64,000 nucleotides of DNA from an uncultured Chloroflexia bacterium (GTDB lineage Bacteria > Chloroflexota > Limnocylindria > Limnocylindrales > CSP1-4). Below are positions 52,268-62,567 of this stretch, one piece after another. Every line of letters begins with the position of its first letter. Position 1 is the stretch's first letter. The notes under the pieces were generated by a model that ran no database searches, was not told the DNA's origin, and saw only the letters and a list, made by a program, of their open reading frames with translations. The stretch spans positions 192,001 to 256,000 of the forward strand of contig CAWEYL010000003.1 in NCBI GenBank assembly GCA_963813335.1, given 5' to 3'. The translations under genes and the position numbers were made by a program.

Positions 52268-53215
52268 ATGACCGAACTGGTCTCGCCGGGCACTGTCGGT
52301 CCCGGCCAGGTGACGTGGTGGTCCGACCTACGCGACCGGCTGCCCAGCACCCCGCTGAGCGGCTGGATCGTCGCGGGCGCCGTGTGGCTGGGCATCGTGG
52401 TCCTCGCCCGGCCGGAGATGGGCCCATGGCGGACCGGACAGGACGCGATCTCCTACTGGGCCCCGCGTCTCGCGGCCCCGTACGCGCAGGCCGACTGGAC
52501 GACCGTCGGCGCGTACGTCTACTCGCCGGCCTTCCTGCAGCTCGTGTCGCCGCTCCAGCACCTGCCCTGGCTGGTCTTCATGGGCGTCTGGACGGCGCTG
52601 CTGCTGGCCGCGGTCCGGTTCCTGACCGGGCCGTCGCTGTTCGCGATCGGCGTCCTGCTGGCCACGGCCGAGCTGATCGGCGGGAACATCTCCCTGCTGC
52701 TCGCGGTCGCGATCGTCATCGGCTTCCGCTGGCCGGCTGCCTGGGGCCTGGTGCTGCTGACCAAGGTCACGCCCGGCGTGGGCCTCCTGTGGTTCGCCGT
52801 GCGCCGCGAATGGCGGAGTCTCGGGATCGCCTTCGGCGCGACCGTCGCGGTGGCGGTCGTCTCCTACACGATGATGCCGTGGGCCTGGGCGGAATGGGTC
52901 TCGGTCCTCACCAACGTCGCGGGTCGCAACGGCACGTGGGCCGCTGTGCCGATCCCGCTCGTGGTCCGCCTTCCGGTCGCGGTCGCGATCGTGGTCTGGG
53001 GCGCCCGGACCGATCGCCGCTGGGCGGTGCCGGTCGCCTCGATGCTCGCGCTGCCCGCGCTCTGGTACGGCGGCCTGTCGATGCTCCTGGCGGTCATCGT
53101 GCTGCAGCGCGAGCCGTGGAAGTCGGTCGGGCCGGGCGGCCCGTCACCGGTTTCGAGCGAGGTGCCCGCCGTCGCGGCATCCGCGGTCGAATCGGTGTCC
53201 GCGACCGCGTCCTGA
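52268..53215 (+). CDS. Glycosyltransferase family 87 (GT-C membrane) protein
   Basis: D..SYW...PY...YVYSPAF, GNISLLL, LTKVTPG, RREWR. Confidence 0.75.
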   Translation: MTELVSPGTVGPGQVTWWSDLRDRLPSTPLSGWIVAGAVWLGIVVLARPEMGPWRTGQDAISYWAPRLAAPYAQADWTTVGAYVYSPAFLQLVSPLQHLPWLVFMGVWTALLLAAVRFLTGPSLFAIGVLLATAELIGGNISLLLAVAIVIGFRWPAAWGLVLLTKVTPGVGLLWFAVRREWRSLGIAFGATVAVAVVSYTMMPWAWAEWVSVLTNVAGRNGTWAAVPIPLVVRLPVAVAIVVWGARTDRRWAVPVASMLALPALWYGGLSMLLAVIVLQREPWKSVGPGGPSPVSSEVPAVAASAVESVSATAS

Positions 53216-53294
53216 CCTTCCCGGGGGGACGGCCGGCCCGTACCATGCCGGCAGGGCGGCCCGATCGACGAGGCCGAGCGCGACGGGGGACGGC

Positions 53295-54186
53295 GTGGCG
53301 ATCCTCGAGACCCACGACATCGGGAAGCGCTACGGCCGGCGGAACTGGGCCCTGCGCCACCTCGACCTCGTCGTCCCCGACGGGAGCATCACCGCGCTCG
53401 TCGGCCCCAACGGCTCGGGCAAATCCACGCTCCTCAAGGCCTGGGTCGGCTTCGAGCGGCCGACCGAGGGCCGCCTCACGGTCGACGGGATCGACCCGTG
53501 GAAGGACCGCGGCGGCGCACTCGCGCGGATCGGCTACGTCCCCCAGGCACCGTCGCTGTACCGCGAGCTGACGGTCGACGAGCACGTGCGGATGGCCGAG
53601 ACGCTGCGGCCGGGCTTCGAGCCCTCGATCGCCTACCGGCGGCTGGACGACCTGGCCATCCCGCTCGGATCGCAGGCGGACGAGCTGTCCGGCGGGCAGC
53701 AGGCCCAGGTGGGGCTGGCGCTGGCGCTCGGGACGCGCGCGCCGGTGCTGCTGCTCGACGAGCCGCTCGCGAGCCTGGATCCACTGGCACGCCGCGAGTT
53801 CCTCCACGTCCTGGTCGACGCGGTCCGGGCCGACGGCGCGACCGCCCTCCTGTCGTCCCACGTCATCACCGACATCGAGCAGGCGTGCGACCGGCTGCTG
53901 GTCCTCGGCGGCGGGCGGACCCTCCTCGACGTGTCGATCGCGGGCGCCATCGCCGCCCATCGCGTGGTCGAGGTCGGCGCCGACGGCGCGATCGCCGGAC
54001 TCGCGGCCGGCGGTCCGGCCTCGGTGGTCGGGACGGTTCCCCGGTCCCGCCGGCGAGCGGCTGGCGCTCGTGCGCGAGGCCGGCGACCTCGGACGCGCCT
54101 CGACCCTCGAGGAGGTCGTCCTCGGCCACCTGGCGGCCGGACGGACCCCGGCGACCCGCGTGACGGCAGGAGCGCAGGCAGCATGA
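53295..54186 (+). CDS. ABC transporter ATP-binding protein; apparent +1 frameshift near 54036
   Basis: GPNGSGKST, LSGGQ, LLDEP, SSH; corrected end TLEEVVLGHLAAG...AA*. Confidence 0.9.
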
Positions 54187-55131
54187 CCCTCCGGCGGATC
54201 CGGCTGACGCTGCGACTGCACCGCTTCGAGGTCTACAGCTTCGGGATCGGGCTGGTGCTGGTCTCGATCGCCGCCTTCGCCGTGGCGACCTACATCGACA
54301 GCCTCAAGCCCGGGATCGAGTGCTTCCCGGACACCGGCGAGGTGACGCCGGCCTGCCAGCGCGCCCTGGACAAGTACTGGGGCGCCCAGCAGTCGCTGGG
54401 CACGCTGCTGGGGACCCCGACGCTGATCCTGACATCGGTCATCGGGCTGTTCCTCGGCGTGCCGATCGTCGGGCGCGAGATCGAGCGCGGCACGACCCGG
54501 CTGGCCTGGTCGCTGAGCCCGTCGCGCTGGAGCTGGTACCTCTCGCGGGTCCTGCCACTGGCGGTGGTGGTCGTGGTCGCCTCGTTCGTGGCGGGTGTCG
54601 CCATGGACCGGTTCTTCGGGGCGAGCACGCCGAACCAGGACCTGACCCAGTCGTTCGCCGGCTATGGCGCCCGTGGCGGCCTGCTGGCGGCTCGGGCGAT
54701 CTTCCTCTTCGGCCTGGCGGTCGTGGCCGGCGCATTGATCGGTCGGGCGCTGCCGGCGCTCATCGTCGCCGGGCTGCTGAGCGCGATCGCGCTCTCCGCC
54801 GGCGAGAACTTCTACCAGCAGGTCCTGCTCCGCCCGGAAGCGATCCCGGTGGCGATGACCGACTACTCGTACCGGGGCAACCAGCCCCTCTACTTCGACA
54901 CGCGCTGGCAGCTCAAGGACGGGACACTGGTCGGGTACGAGTACTTCGGCGACCAGGGGCCGCCGTTCGACGAGAACACGGGCGAACCGCTCTACCCACA
55001 GTTCCAGCTGGTGATCCCCGGCACGCAGTACCGCTGGGTCGAGACCCGCGAGGCGGCGGCGCTGGTCGGCGCGTCGGTCGTGGCGCATCCTGATCGGCGG
55101 CGTCGTCGTCCAGCGGCGCCGCCCGGGCTAG
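54183..55131 (+). CDS. ABC-2 type permease; apparent +1 frameshift near 55087
   Basis: ATGA overlap; GLFLGVPIVGREIERGT.RLAW; corrected end ILIGGVVVQRRRPG*. Confidence 0.85.
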
Positions 55132-55173
55132 ACGGGGCGGTCGCGGAGCAGGCGCCGGCCGCCACCGAGCGGA

Positions 55174-56430
55174 TCAGGCGCCGGCCGGCACCCTCGATCC
55201 GGCGCCGACGCGTCGCGCGAAGACGGTCGCCGCCCCGAACAGGAAGACCGTGCCGCCGGCGATGAACGGCCCGGCCACGCCGCCGACCGAGGCCAGCGCG
55301 GCGCCGATGGCGGGGCCGACGATCCCCGCCGCGTACAGCGGCAGGTAGACCAGATTGAGCGTGGCCGAGCGGCGGTCGGCCGGCACGTCGAGCGCCAGCA
55401 GCCCGAAGATCATCGAGCTGACGGTCGCCGTCGAGACGCCGAGGACCACCGCGAGCAGGGCGAGCGCCGGGACGGCGGGCGCGAGCGGCATGAGCAGCAG
55501 GATCACGCCGCCACAGGTCAGCGCCGCGATGAGCACCGGCCGGAAGCCGATCCGGTCGCCCAGGAGTCCGCCGAGCGGCGAGAACAGCGCGCCGACGAGC
55601 GCGGCCGCGCCCATGACGAGCGCGATCGCGGAGGCCAGGCCGGCGCCGCTGCCGGTCAGGTCCTCGACCAGGACCGGGATGTACGGCCGGCTCATCTGCG
55701 TCGCGAGGTACGAGATCCCGAAGATCAGGAAGATGCGGCGCACGGTCTTGTCGGTCAGCACCGAGCGCATCGCGCCGAAGGCCAGCCCGATCACGCCACC
55801 GGTCGGGATGATCTCCGGCCGGATCTCGCGGGTCAGGGCCACCAGCAGCGCGGTGCCCACCGACAGCCCGGACGACAGCCAGAAGACCGCGGGTAGCGAC
55901 CAGCCGAGCCCGTCGACGAGGATCCCCGCGAGCGCCGGCCCGAACGCGAAGCCGATCGGCCCCGACGAGCCGAACAGCGCGATCGTCACCCCGAGGCGGC
56001 GCAGCGGCGTCACGTCGCGGATGCCCGCCAGCATCACCCCGGTGTTGCCCAGCTGGAACCCGATGAGGAGCATCGAGAGCGCGAGCTGCCATGGCTCCCG
56101 CGAGAGCGCCACCCCGGCGAACACGACCGCTTCCACGAGGGCGCTGCGGATGATGACCGCCTTGCGGCTGTACTTGTCCGCCCACACGCCCCACAGCGGG
56201 ACCAGTGGCAGCCCGACCACGAAGACCAGCGAGCTGAAGAGGCCGACGAACGCCAGGCGGTCAGCCTCCTCGACCCCCATCTGGCGGAGGTAGGCCGGCA
56301 GCAGCGCGAAGATCTGGGCCACGCCCATCCCCTCGACCAGGCTCGTGACCCAGAAGACGGCGACGAGGAACCGCCAATCCTGCGCGGGGCGCGCGTCGAC
56401 ATGGGGTTGAGTGGGAGGGAGGTCGGGCAC
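55174..56430 (-). CDS. MFS transporter
   Basis: WGVWADKYSRK, GLLGDRIGFR, ~12 hydrophobic segments. Confidence 0.9.
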   Translation of the reverse strand: MPDLPPTQPHVDARPAQDWRFLVAVFWVTSLVEGMGVAQIFALLPAYLRQMGVEEADRLAFVGLFSSLVFVVGLPLVPLWGVWADKYSRKAVIIRSALVEAVVFAGVALSREPWQLALSMLLIGFQLGNTGVMLAGIRDVTPLRRLGVTIALFGSSGPIGFAFGPALAGILVDGLGWSLPAVFWLSSGLSVGTALLVALTREIRPEIIPTGGVIGLAFGAMRSVLTDKTVRRIFLIFGISYLATQMSRPYIPVLVEDLTGSGAGLASAIALVMGAAALVGALFSPLGGLLGDRIGFRPVLIAALTCGGVILLLMPLAPAVPALALLAVVLGVSTATVSSMIFGLLALDVPADRRSATLNLVYLPLYAAGIVGPAIGAALASVGGVAGPFIAGGTVFLFGAATVFARRVGAGSRVPAGA

Positions 56431-56499
56431 GGGGGAAGCCTAGCGGACGTCCGGCTCGGTCCGTTGCGGTCCGGGTCCGGGTCCGGCGGCCGTCACCTG

Positions 56500-56702
56500 G
56501 CGGGACGCGCGAAAGCGCCCGAAGGAACTGGTGGGAGCCCAGCCGTTCAGCGGGTCCAGTGGCTACGAACAAGTCCGCAGTCCCTGGTCGCCGCCGGGTC
56601 CCTCGCTCGCTGGCCTTGCGGCCGGCGAACCCGGTTCCCGGGACCGTCCCGTGGATCACTCCTCGGACCGGTCTGGCGGTTCACATCTGCCCCTTCGGGC
56701 AA
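56500..56702 (-). ncRNA. Rod-shaped structured RNA, 6S (SsrS)-like candidate
   Basis: Nested long-range pairings GGTCC/GGACC, AGTG/CACT, GTCCC/GGGAC, CCGGGTTC/GGACCCGG, apical GGCC-GCAA-GGCC; central bubble; TACATT -10 at 56713-56708; hairpin at 56502-56520. Confidence 0.5.
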
Positions 56703-56727
56703 GACGAAATGTACGGTGCGAGGTCCG

Positions 56728-56817
56728 ACATCCACAACGGGCTTATCCACGAACTTCGTGGTAACGGGTCCGACCTTATCCCCAAGTTCGTGGACGTTGT
56801 GGACGAGTTGTGGATAC
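56728..56817. promoter_or_regulatory. Cluster of DnaA-box-like 9-mers
   Basis: ACATCCACA 56728, TTATCCACG 56743, TTATCCCCA 56776, (rc) TCGTCCACA 56798, (rc) GTATCCACA 56809. Confidence 0.65.
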
Positions 56818-56838
56818 TCGTCGTGGAGGTTGCCGCCC

Positions 56839-57708
56839 ATGGCCCACCTGCTCAGCCGGCTTGTCGCCCTCAACGATCGCTGGGCGCAGCCGTTCGGGGA
56901 CTTCAACCACCGCTGGCTGAACGCCTTGTTCCGCCCGCTCGGTCCGGTCAAGGACCTGCTCCACGGTCGCTGGCTCGGCCACCCGCTCCACGGCGCCACC
57001 ACGGACCTGCCCATCGGGCTGCTCCTGGGGACCGTCGTCCTGGACCTCGTCGGCCAGCGCGCGGCCGCGGACATCGCCCTGGTCGCCACGATCCTCGCGA
57101 TCCTGCTCGCGGCGATGTCCGGCCTGGCCGACTATGCCGACACGGATGGGACGGCCCGGACCCGCGCGACGACCCACGGGACCCTGATGACGGTCGGGCT
57201 CGTGGTCCTGCTGGTGTCGCTCGTCGCGCGGGCCGGCGACCCGGCCGACCGGACCATCCCGGTCGCGCTCTCGATCGTCGGGCTGCTCGTGATCACCGCC
57301 GGCGCCTTCGTCGGCGGCGACGTCGTCTACGTGCTCGGCAACATGGTCAGCCGGCACGCGTTCCGTGGCGCGGGCACCAAGTGGATCAAGCTCGACACGG
57401 GCGAGATCGCCGACCTCGCCGCCCTGCCCGAGGCGACCCCGACGAAGATGCGGGCCGGCATCAACGACCTCCTGGTCGTGCGCATCGGCGACACCGTCCA
57501 CGCACTCCACGCCGTGTGTGCGCACGCCGGCGGTCCGCTCGAGAAGGGCACCGTCGCCGACGGCTGCGTGCAGTGCCCGTGGCACGCCTCCCGGTTCCGG
57601 CTCGCCGACGGCCACGTCGTGCGCGGGCCGTCGGTCTACGACCAGCCGTCGTACGAGATCCGCGCGGCCGAGGGCGGCGGCTACGAGGTCCGGCGCGCGA
57701 GCGCGTGA
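56839..57708 (+). CDS. DUF2231-like membrane domain + Rieske [2Fe-2S] protein
   Basis: LHGRWLGHPLH..TDLPIG; CAHAGGPL...CPWHASRF. Confidence 0.88.
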   Translation: MAHLLSRLVALNDRWAQPFGDFNHRWLNALFRPLGPVKDLLHGRWLGHPLHGATTDLPIGLLLGTVVLDLVGQRAAADIALVATILAILLAAMSGLADYADTDGTARTRATTHGTLMTVGLVVLLVSLVARAGDPADRTIPVALSIVGLLVITAGAFVGGDVVYVLGNMVSRHAFRGAGTKWIKLDTGEIADLAALPEATPTKMRAGINDLLVVRIGDTVHALHAVCAHAGGPLEKGTVADGCVQCPWHASRFRLADGHVVRGPSVYDQPSYEIRAAEGGGYEVRRASA

Positions 57709-57729
57709 CGCGAGCCGCATCATCGCCGG

Positions 57730-58257
57730 ATGCGGACCGTCGAGATCCCCGACCCGTCGCTCGTCCTGCTGGTCGGCGCGGCCGGCGCCGGGAAGTCCAC
57801 CCTGGCCGCACGGCTGTTCGAGGCCGACGAGATCCTCTCGTCCGACGCCTACCGCGCGCGGATCTCGGGGGACGCCGCGGACCAGCGGGCGACGCGCGCC
57901 GCGTTCGAGCAGCTCCACCGGGCCCTGGCGGCCCGCCTCGCGGCGGGCCGGCTGACCGTGCTGGACGCCACGAACCTCGAGCGCAGCGCCCGACGGGCCG
58001 GGATCGTCCGGGCCAGGGCCGCCGGCGTGCCGGTCGTGGCGATCGTCCTGGACCTGCCAGCGGCCGTGGTCCTCGCCCGGAACGCGGGCCGGACCGAGCG
58101 GGTCGTCGACCGGGCCGTGGTGGGCCGGCACCTGGCGGCGGTCCGCTCGACCCTCGACGGCGGACAGCTGCCCGTCGAGGGGATCGACGCGATCGTGCTC
58201 CTCGGATCGCCCGGGGCCGTGGATGAGCTGCGGATCGAGCGCCGCCGGCGGGCCTAG
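57730..58257 (+). CDS. AAA_33 / polynucleotide-kinase-like P-loop protein
   Basis: LVLLVGAAGAGKST, LSSDAYR, VLDATN, RNAGR. Confidence 0.85.
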   Translation: MRTVEIPDPSLVLLVGAAGAGKSTLAARLFEADEILSSDAYRARISGDAADQRATRAAFEQLHRALAARLAAGRLTVLDATNLERSARRAGIVRARAAGVPVVAIVLDLPAAVVLARNAGRTERVVDRAVVGRHLAAVRSTLDGGQLPVEGIDAIVLLGSPGAVDELRIERRRRA

Positions 58258-59111
58258 GCGCTGCCGATCCCGATGAGCGCGACCGCCACCGACGCCAGCA
58301 CGATGCCGACCGCGTGCGAACGGGTGACCCGCTCGTGGAGGACGACGGTGGCGAGGATGACCGTCGTCACCGGGTAGAGCCCGGAGACCACCGCCGCGAT
58401 CGCGAGCGCCCCGGTCTGCACGGCCGCGATGTAGCCGGCGTTGCCGGCCATGTCCAGGACGCCGATGGCGAGCAGGACCGGCAGGAGGTTCGCCGTCGGG
58501 CGCCACGCCGACCGGGTGACGAGGATGACCGCGACGATCAGCACCGCCTCGGACCCGCGGACGATCGCGAGCGGCGCGAACACGTGCCCGTCCGAGATCT
58601 GGTTGATGACCACGCCGAACAAGCCGATGGTCGTGCCGGCCAGCAGCGCGAGCCCCAGGCCCTGGCGCCCGCCGCCCTCGTCGGTGACGCGCGAGACCAG
58701 GACGACGGCCACGAGCGCCAGGCCGATCCCGACCAGCACCATCGTGGCCGGGAGGCCCTCGAGGACGATCCCGGCGACGACCGGGATGAGCGCGGCGAGG
58801 ACGCCGGTCACCGGTGCGACGATCCCCATCCGGCCGACGGCGAGGCCGCGATAGAGCGCGGTGATGCCGATCCCGCCGAGGATCCCGCCGAGGACGGACC
58901 ACGCGATGTCCGCCTCCGTCAGGCCCGGTTCGTGGCGCAGGATCGCGAGCCCGGCGGCGATCGCCATGCCGGTGAGCTGCGAGACGAGGACGACGCCGTA
59001 CACCGGCGTGCGCCGACTGGTCAGCCCGCCCGCGAAGTCGCCGGCACCCCAGGTGATCGCCGAGGTGAGCGCGAGCAGGAGCGTCGCGACCGACGGGTCG
59101 AGACCGGTCAG
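58254..59111 (-). CDS. DMT/EamA transporter; probable CTG start coupled to the upstream stop
   Basis: WGAGDFAGG lies upstream of the first GTG; GRMGIVAPV, SGLYPVTTVILA..VLHE. Confidence 0.85.
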   Translation of the reverse strand: MTGLDPSVATLLLALTSAITWGAGDFAGGLTSRRTPVYGVVLVSQLTGMAIAAGLAILRHEPGLTEADIAWSVLGGILGGIGITALYRGLAVGRMGIVAPVTGVLAALIPVVAGIVLEGLPATMVLVGIGLALVAVVLVSRVTDEGGGRQGLGLALLAGTTIGLFGVVINQISDGHVFAPLAIVRGSEAVLIVAVILVTRSAWRPTANLLPVLLAIGVLDMAGNAGYIAAVQTGALAIAAVVSGLYPVTTVILATVVLHERVTRSHAVGIVLASVAVALIGIGSA

Positions 59112-61400
59112 GGGGCGGGCTCGGTGGCGGGCGCGGCCGATGCGGCCTCTGGCGAGGCCGACGCGACGGGCTCTGGCGTTGCCTCCGGAGCCGCGGGTGC
59201 GGCCGGCGCGTCGGGCAGGATCGGGTCGGTCACGGGCGCCGGCGCGTCGTCGACCAGCGTCGGGCCGGGCAGCTCGACGACCGAGGCCGCGACCTTGTCG
59301 TAGCGGTCCGAGGTCGTCAGGTAGATCACCTGGAAGTCGGACGCCACCGCCCGCAGCAGCTCGAGGGCGCGGGCGGCGCGCTCGTCGTCGAGCGTCACGA
59401 ACGGGTCATCGAGGATCAGCGGCGGCCGGCGGTCGCCGGTCACGAGCCGGACCAGGCCGAGCCGGGCGGTCAGGTAGACCAGGTCCATCGTCCCCTGGCT
59501 CAGGGCCGAGACCTTGACCCAGTCGCGCTTCTCGGGAGCGCGGACCTCGATGTCCAGCGTCCGGTCGTCGACCCGCACGTGCCGATACCGGCCACCGGTG
59601 ACGATCGTGAGATCGCCGACCATCCGCGCCTCGAGGAAGCGGGTGGCGGTCTTCATCGTGGCCTGCTCCGCGCGGTCGATGGCCGCGAGCGTGCCGCCGT
59701 AGACGCGCTGGCGCCGCTCGAGCGTCGCGTATTGCTCGCGCCACATCGCCAGGCGTTCGGCCTGCCCGGCGACCTGCTCGGCATCGACGGTGTTGGCCTC
59801 GACTCGGGCCCGCGCATTGGCCTCGTCGTCGCGGGTCCGCTCCAGCGCCGATTCCTGCTCGCGGACCTCCACCTCGAGGCGCTCGCGCGCCCGGGGCTCC
59901 TTGGCGATCGGCCCGAGCGCGTCGATGGCGCTCGCTTTCTGGGCGATCTCCAGGGCGGCCGCGTCGCGGACGGTGGTCAGGGAATCGGGCGGCTCCTTGC
60001 CGACCAGGCCGTCGCGCTGGGCCGTGAGGCGGTCCATCTGGGCGACGTGCGCCTCCTCGGCCGCGAGCAGCGTCTCCGCCGCGGGCAGGTCGTCGAGGCC
60101 GAGCGAGGCAAGGCGGCGGGCCGTGTCCGCCTCGCACTGGGCCAGCTCGGCCTCCATCTCGGAGCGGCCGCGCAGGCGGCGGTCGATCTCGACGTCGCGG
60201 AGCTGCTCCCCCATCGAGTAGCTGCGCCGCTGGCCGACCGCGACCCCGCCGAGGATCAGGCCGATGCCGGCGATGATGCCGCCGACGACCGCCGGGATGA
60301 TCCCGAGGCTCGCGATCTTGAGCACGTTGGCGGCGACCGACACGATCGAGACCAGCAGGCCGATGACGATCAGGGCGATCGAGATGCGCGAGACCGACCG
60401 CCAGGTGGTGGGCTCCGGCGCGACCTCGAACTTGACGTTGACCTCGCCGGCCAGCGCGGCCCGCAGCTCCCGTGCCCGCACGTCGAGCGAGCGCAGCCGG
60501 TCGACGCCGGCGCGGATGACGGGCAGCGGGTTCAGCGACGGGTGGGTGCTCGCCAGCTGGTCCAGCTGCGCGGTGACCTCGACCGCCTGGCGGTAGCGCT
60601 CGTAGCGCTCCTGGGCCGCGTCGCGCTCGGCCATCAGGCGCTCCGCCTGCCGCGCCTTCTCGAGCATGCTCCGGCGCTCGGCGAGGATGAGCTCGGTCTC
60701 GGCGCGCCGGTCGTGCGCGCCCGCGAGCGCGTCGCGGTCCGCTGCCAGCTGGGCCAGCGCCGCCTCGCCCTGCTCGACCGCGGTCTGGGCCTTCCCGACC
60801 GCCTGCTCCGCCACCTTGAGCCGGCCCGGGTTCTTGTCGCCCTTGGTGGTCAGGTCGTGGATGGCCTTGTCGAGCTTCTTGCGGGCCCGGCTGGTGCCGC
60901 GGTCGGCGCCGCTGATGGAGGCCTGCAGCCGGTCGCGCAGGGACGCCTCGTCGCGCGTGAGGTCGTCGAGCTCCTGGTGGCGGATCGAGGCCGTGGCGCG
61001 GAAGAAGCCCTCGGTGGGGATGCCGGTCAGCTCCGCGATGATCTGGTCCGCCAGCGCCGGGTCGTCGATCGACTGGCCGTCGTATTCGAGGCGGACCGTG
61101 CCGCGTGAGCCCGCGAATGTCTTCTCGAGCGTGCCGCGCTTCTGGCCGTCCTCGTCGTCCTGCTCGAACTCGATGGTGACGACGGACCTGCGCCTCCGGC
61201 GCGGCGTCCCACGGTCGAAGGGATTCGAGGTCGCTGGCCGCGCTGGTGACGCGACGGGTGATGGCCAGCTCGATCGCGCGCTGGATGGTGGTCTTGCCGG
61301 CCTCGTTGGGCCCGCGCACGACGGTCAGCCCGGGTGCGAGGTCGATGTCGAGCTCGCGGTAGCGGCGGACCTCCCTGAGCTGGAGGCGGCGGATCCTCAC
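59108..61400 (-). CDS. SMC-like ATPase (YhaN/SbcE-like) with internal TM hairpin; apparent +1 frameshift near 61190
   Basis: GPNEAGKTT, coiled coil, LSQGT signature, PLILDDPFVTLD. Confidence 0.85.
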
Positions 61401-62567
61401 AGCGAGATCTCCTGCCCGGCGAGCAGCAGACGGCCGAGCCGGAGCGAATCGCGGAGCTCGGCGGCCTCGTCCACCTGGCCGGCCTTCTCGCAGGCGGCGA
61501 TGCGCGCCTCGAGGTCGCGGATGAAGGCGCCGGCGACGGTGTCGGGCGACGGCAGCGACGCCGCTCGTGAGCGCCGGCATCGACCGGTCGCGGACGCGCA
61601 CCTTGAGGAACGAGGGCGCGAGGCGCGCCTCGACCTCGTCGATGTCGAGGTCGAGGTCGTCCGGCCGGACCCCGACGAGCCGGACGTCGAGCACGAGGTC
61701 CGGGTCGGCGCGCTTCTCGAGCGTGTCGATCAGCGTGGGTTGGCTCTTGATCGTGGCGGCGTCGAGCTCGGTCCGGTCGAACCGGGTCCGTCCGACGACG
61801 CGCTCCTCGACGGTCACGATCCGCTTGCCGGGCGCCTCGTCCAGCTCGATCAGCAGCACCTTGCCGGCCCGGTCCTGGTCCAGGGCGACCGGCTCCGGTG
61901 CGCCCGAGTACGCATACGTCACGGTCCCGCCGCGCCCCTGCTGGGACGAGTGCCAGTGCCCGAGGGCGAGATAGTCGAGATGGCTGGCCGCGATCTCGTC
62001 GACCGTGAAGACGACCTCGTCGCGGTCCGTCTTGCCCGGGATCGACAGCGAGCCATGGATCATCCCGATGCGCCACTTGCCGGCGGGCTCCGCCTTGGCG
62101 GCGTCGAACCCAGCGAGCGGACTGGCCGGGGCACGCTTGGTGGCGAAGACCCGGCCATGGACGACCGTGTCGATCGCATTCAGGTAGACGGCCGGCTGGT
62201 CCGGCGTGAGGACCGTCAGGAAGTCGTCCGCCTCGGTGCTGCCGGCGAGGGTCTTGAGGTCGTACGCGCGGTAGATCGACGCGCGGTCGTAGACGTCGTG
62301 GGTGCCCGGGATGATGACGGTCCGGATGCGCGCCTCGACCAGGCGAGCCAGCTCGGCGGCGACGCGCTCCACGGAACGGCGCGGCTGCACGTTGGAGTCG
62401 AACAGGTCGCCGGCGATCAGGACCAGGTCGACGCGCTCCGCGATGGCGAGGTCCACCGTGGCGGTGAACGCCGCGAACTGACGCTCGCGCTGGGCAGCCG
62501 CCTGCTCTCCGAGGTCATCGTGACGGGCGCCGAGATGGACGTCGGCGGTGTGGATGATCCGTAGCAT
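61397..62567 (-). CDS. SbcD/Mre11/YhaO-like metallophosphoesterase nuclease; apparent +1 frameshift near 61559
   Basis: IHTADVHLG, AGDLFD, PGTHD, HGS, YLALGHWH, YSGAPE. Confidence 0.88.

Noticed and set aside
53295-55265. Apparent 656-aa ABC ATPase-permease fusion
   Set aside because: Two +1 indels; removing them gives two normal genes with an ATGA overlap
56500-56702. tmRNA, tRNA, SRP or RNase P identity for the structured RNA
   Set aside because: Despite CCCACCA near the 3' end there is no TTCRA T-loop, tag ORF, SRP loop or P4 consensus
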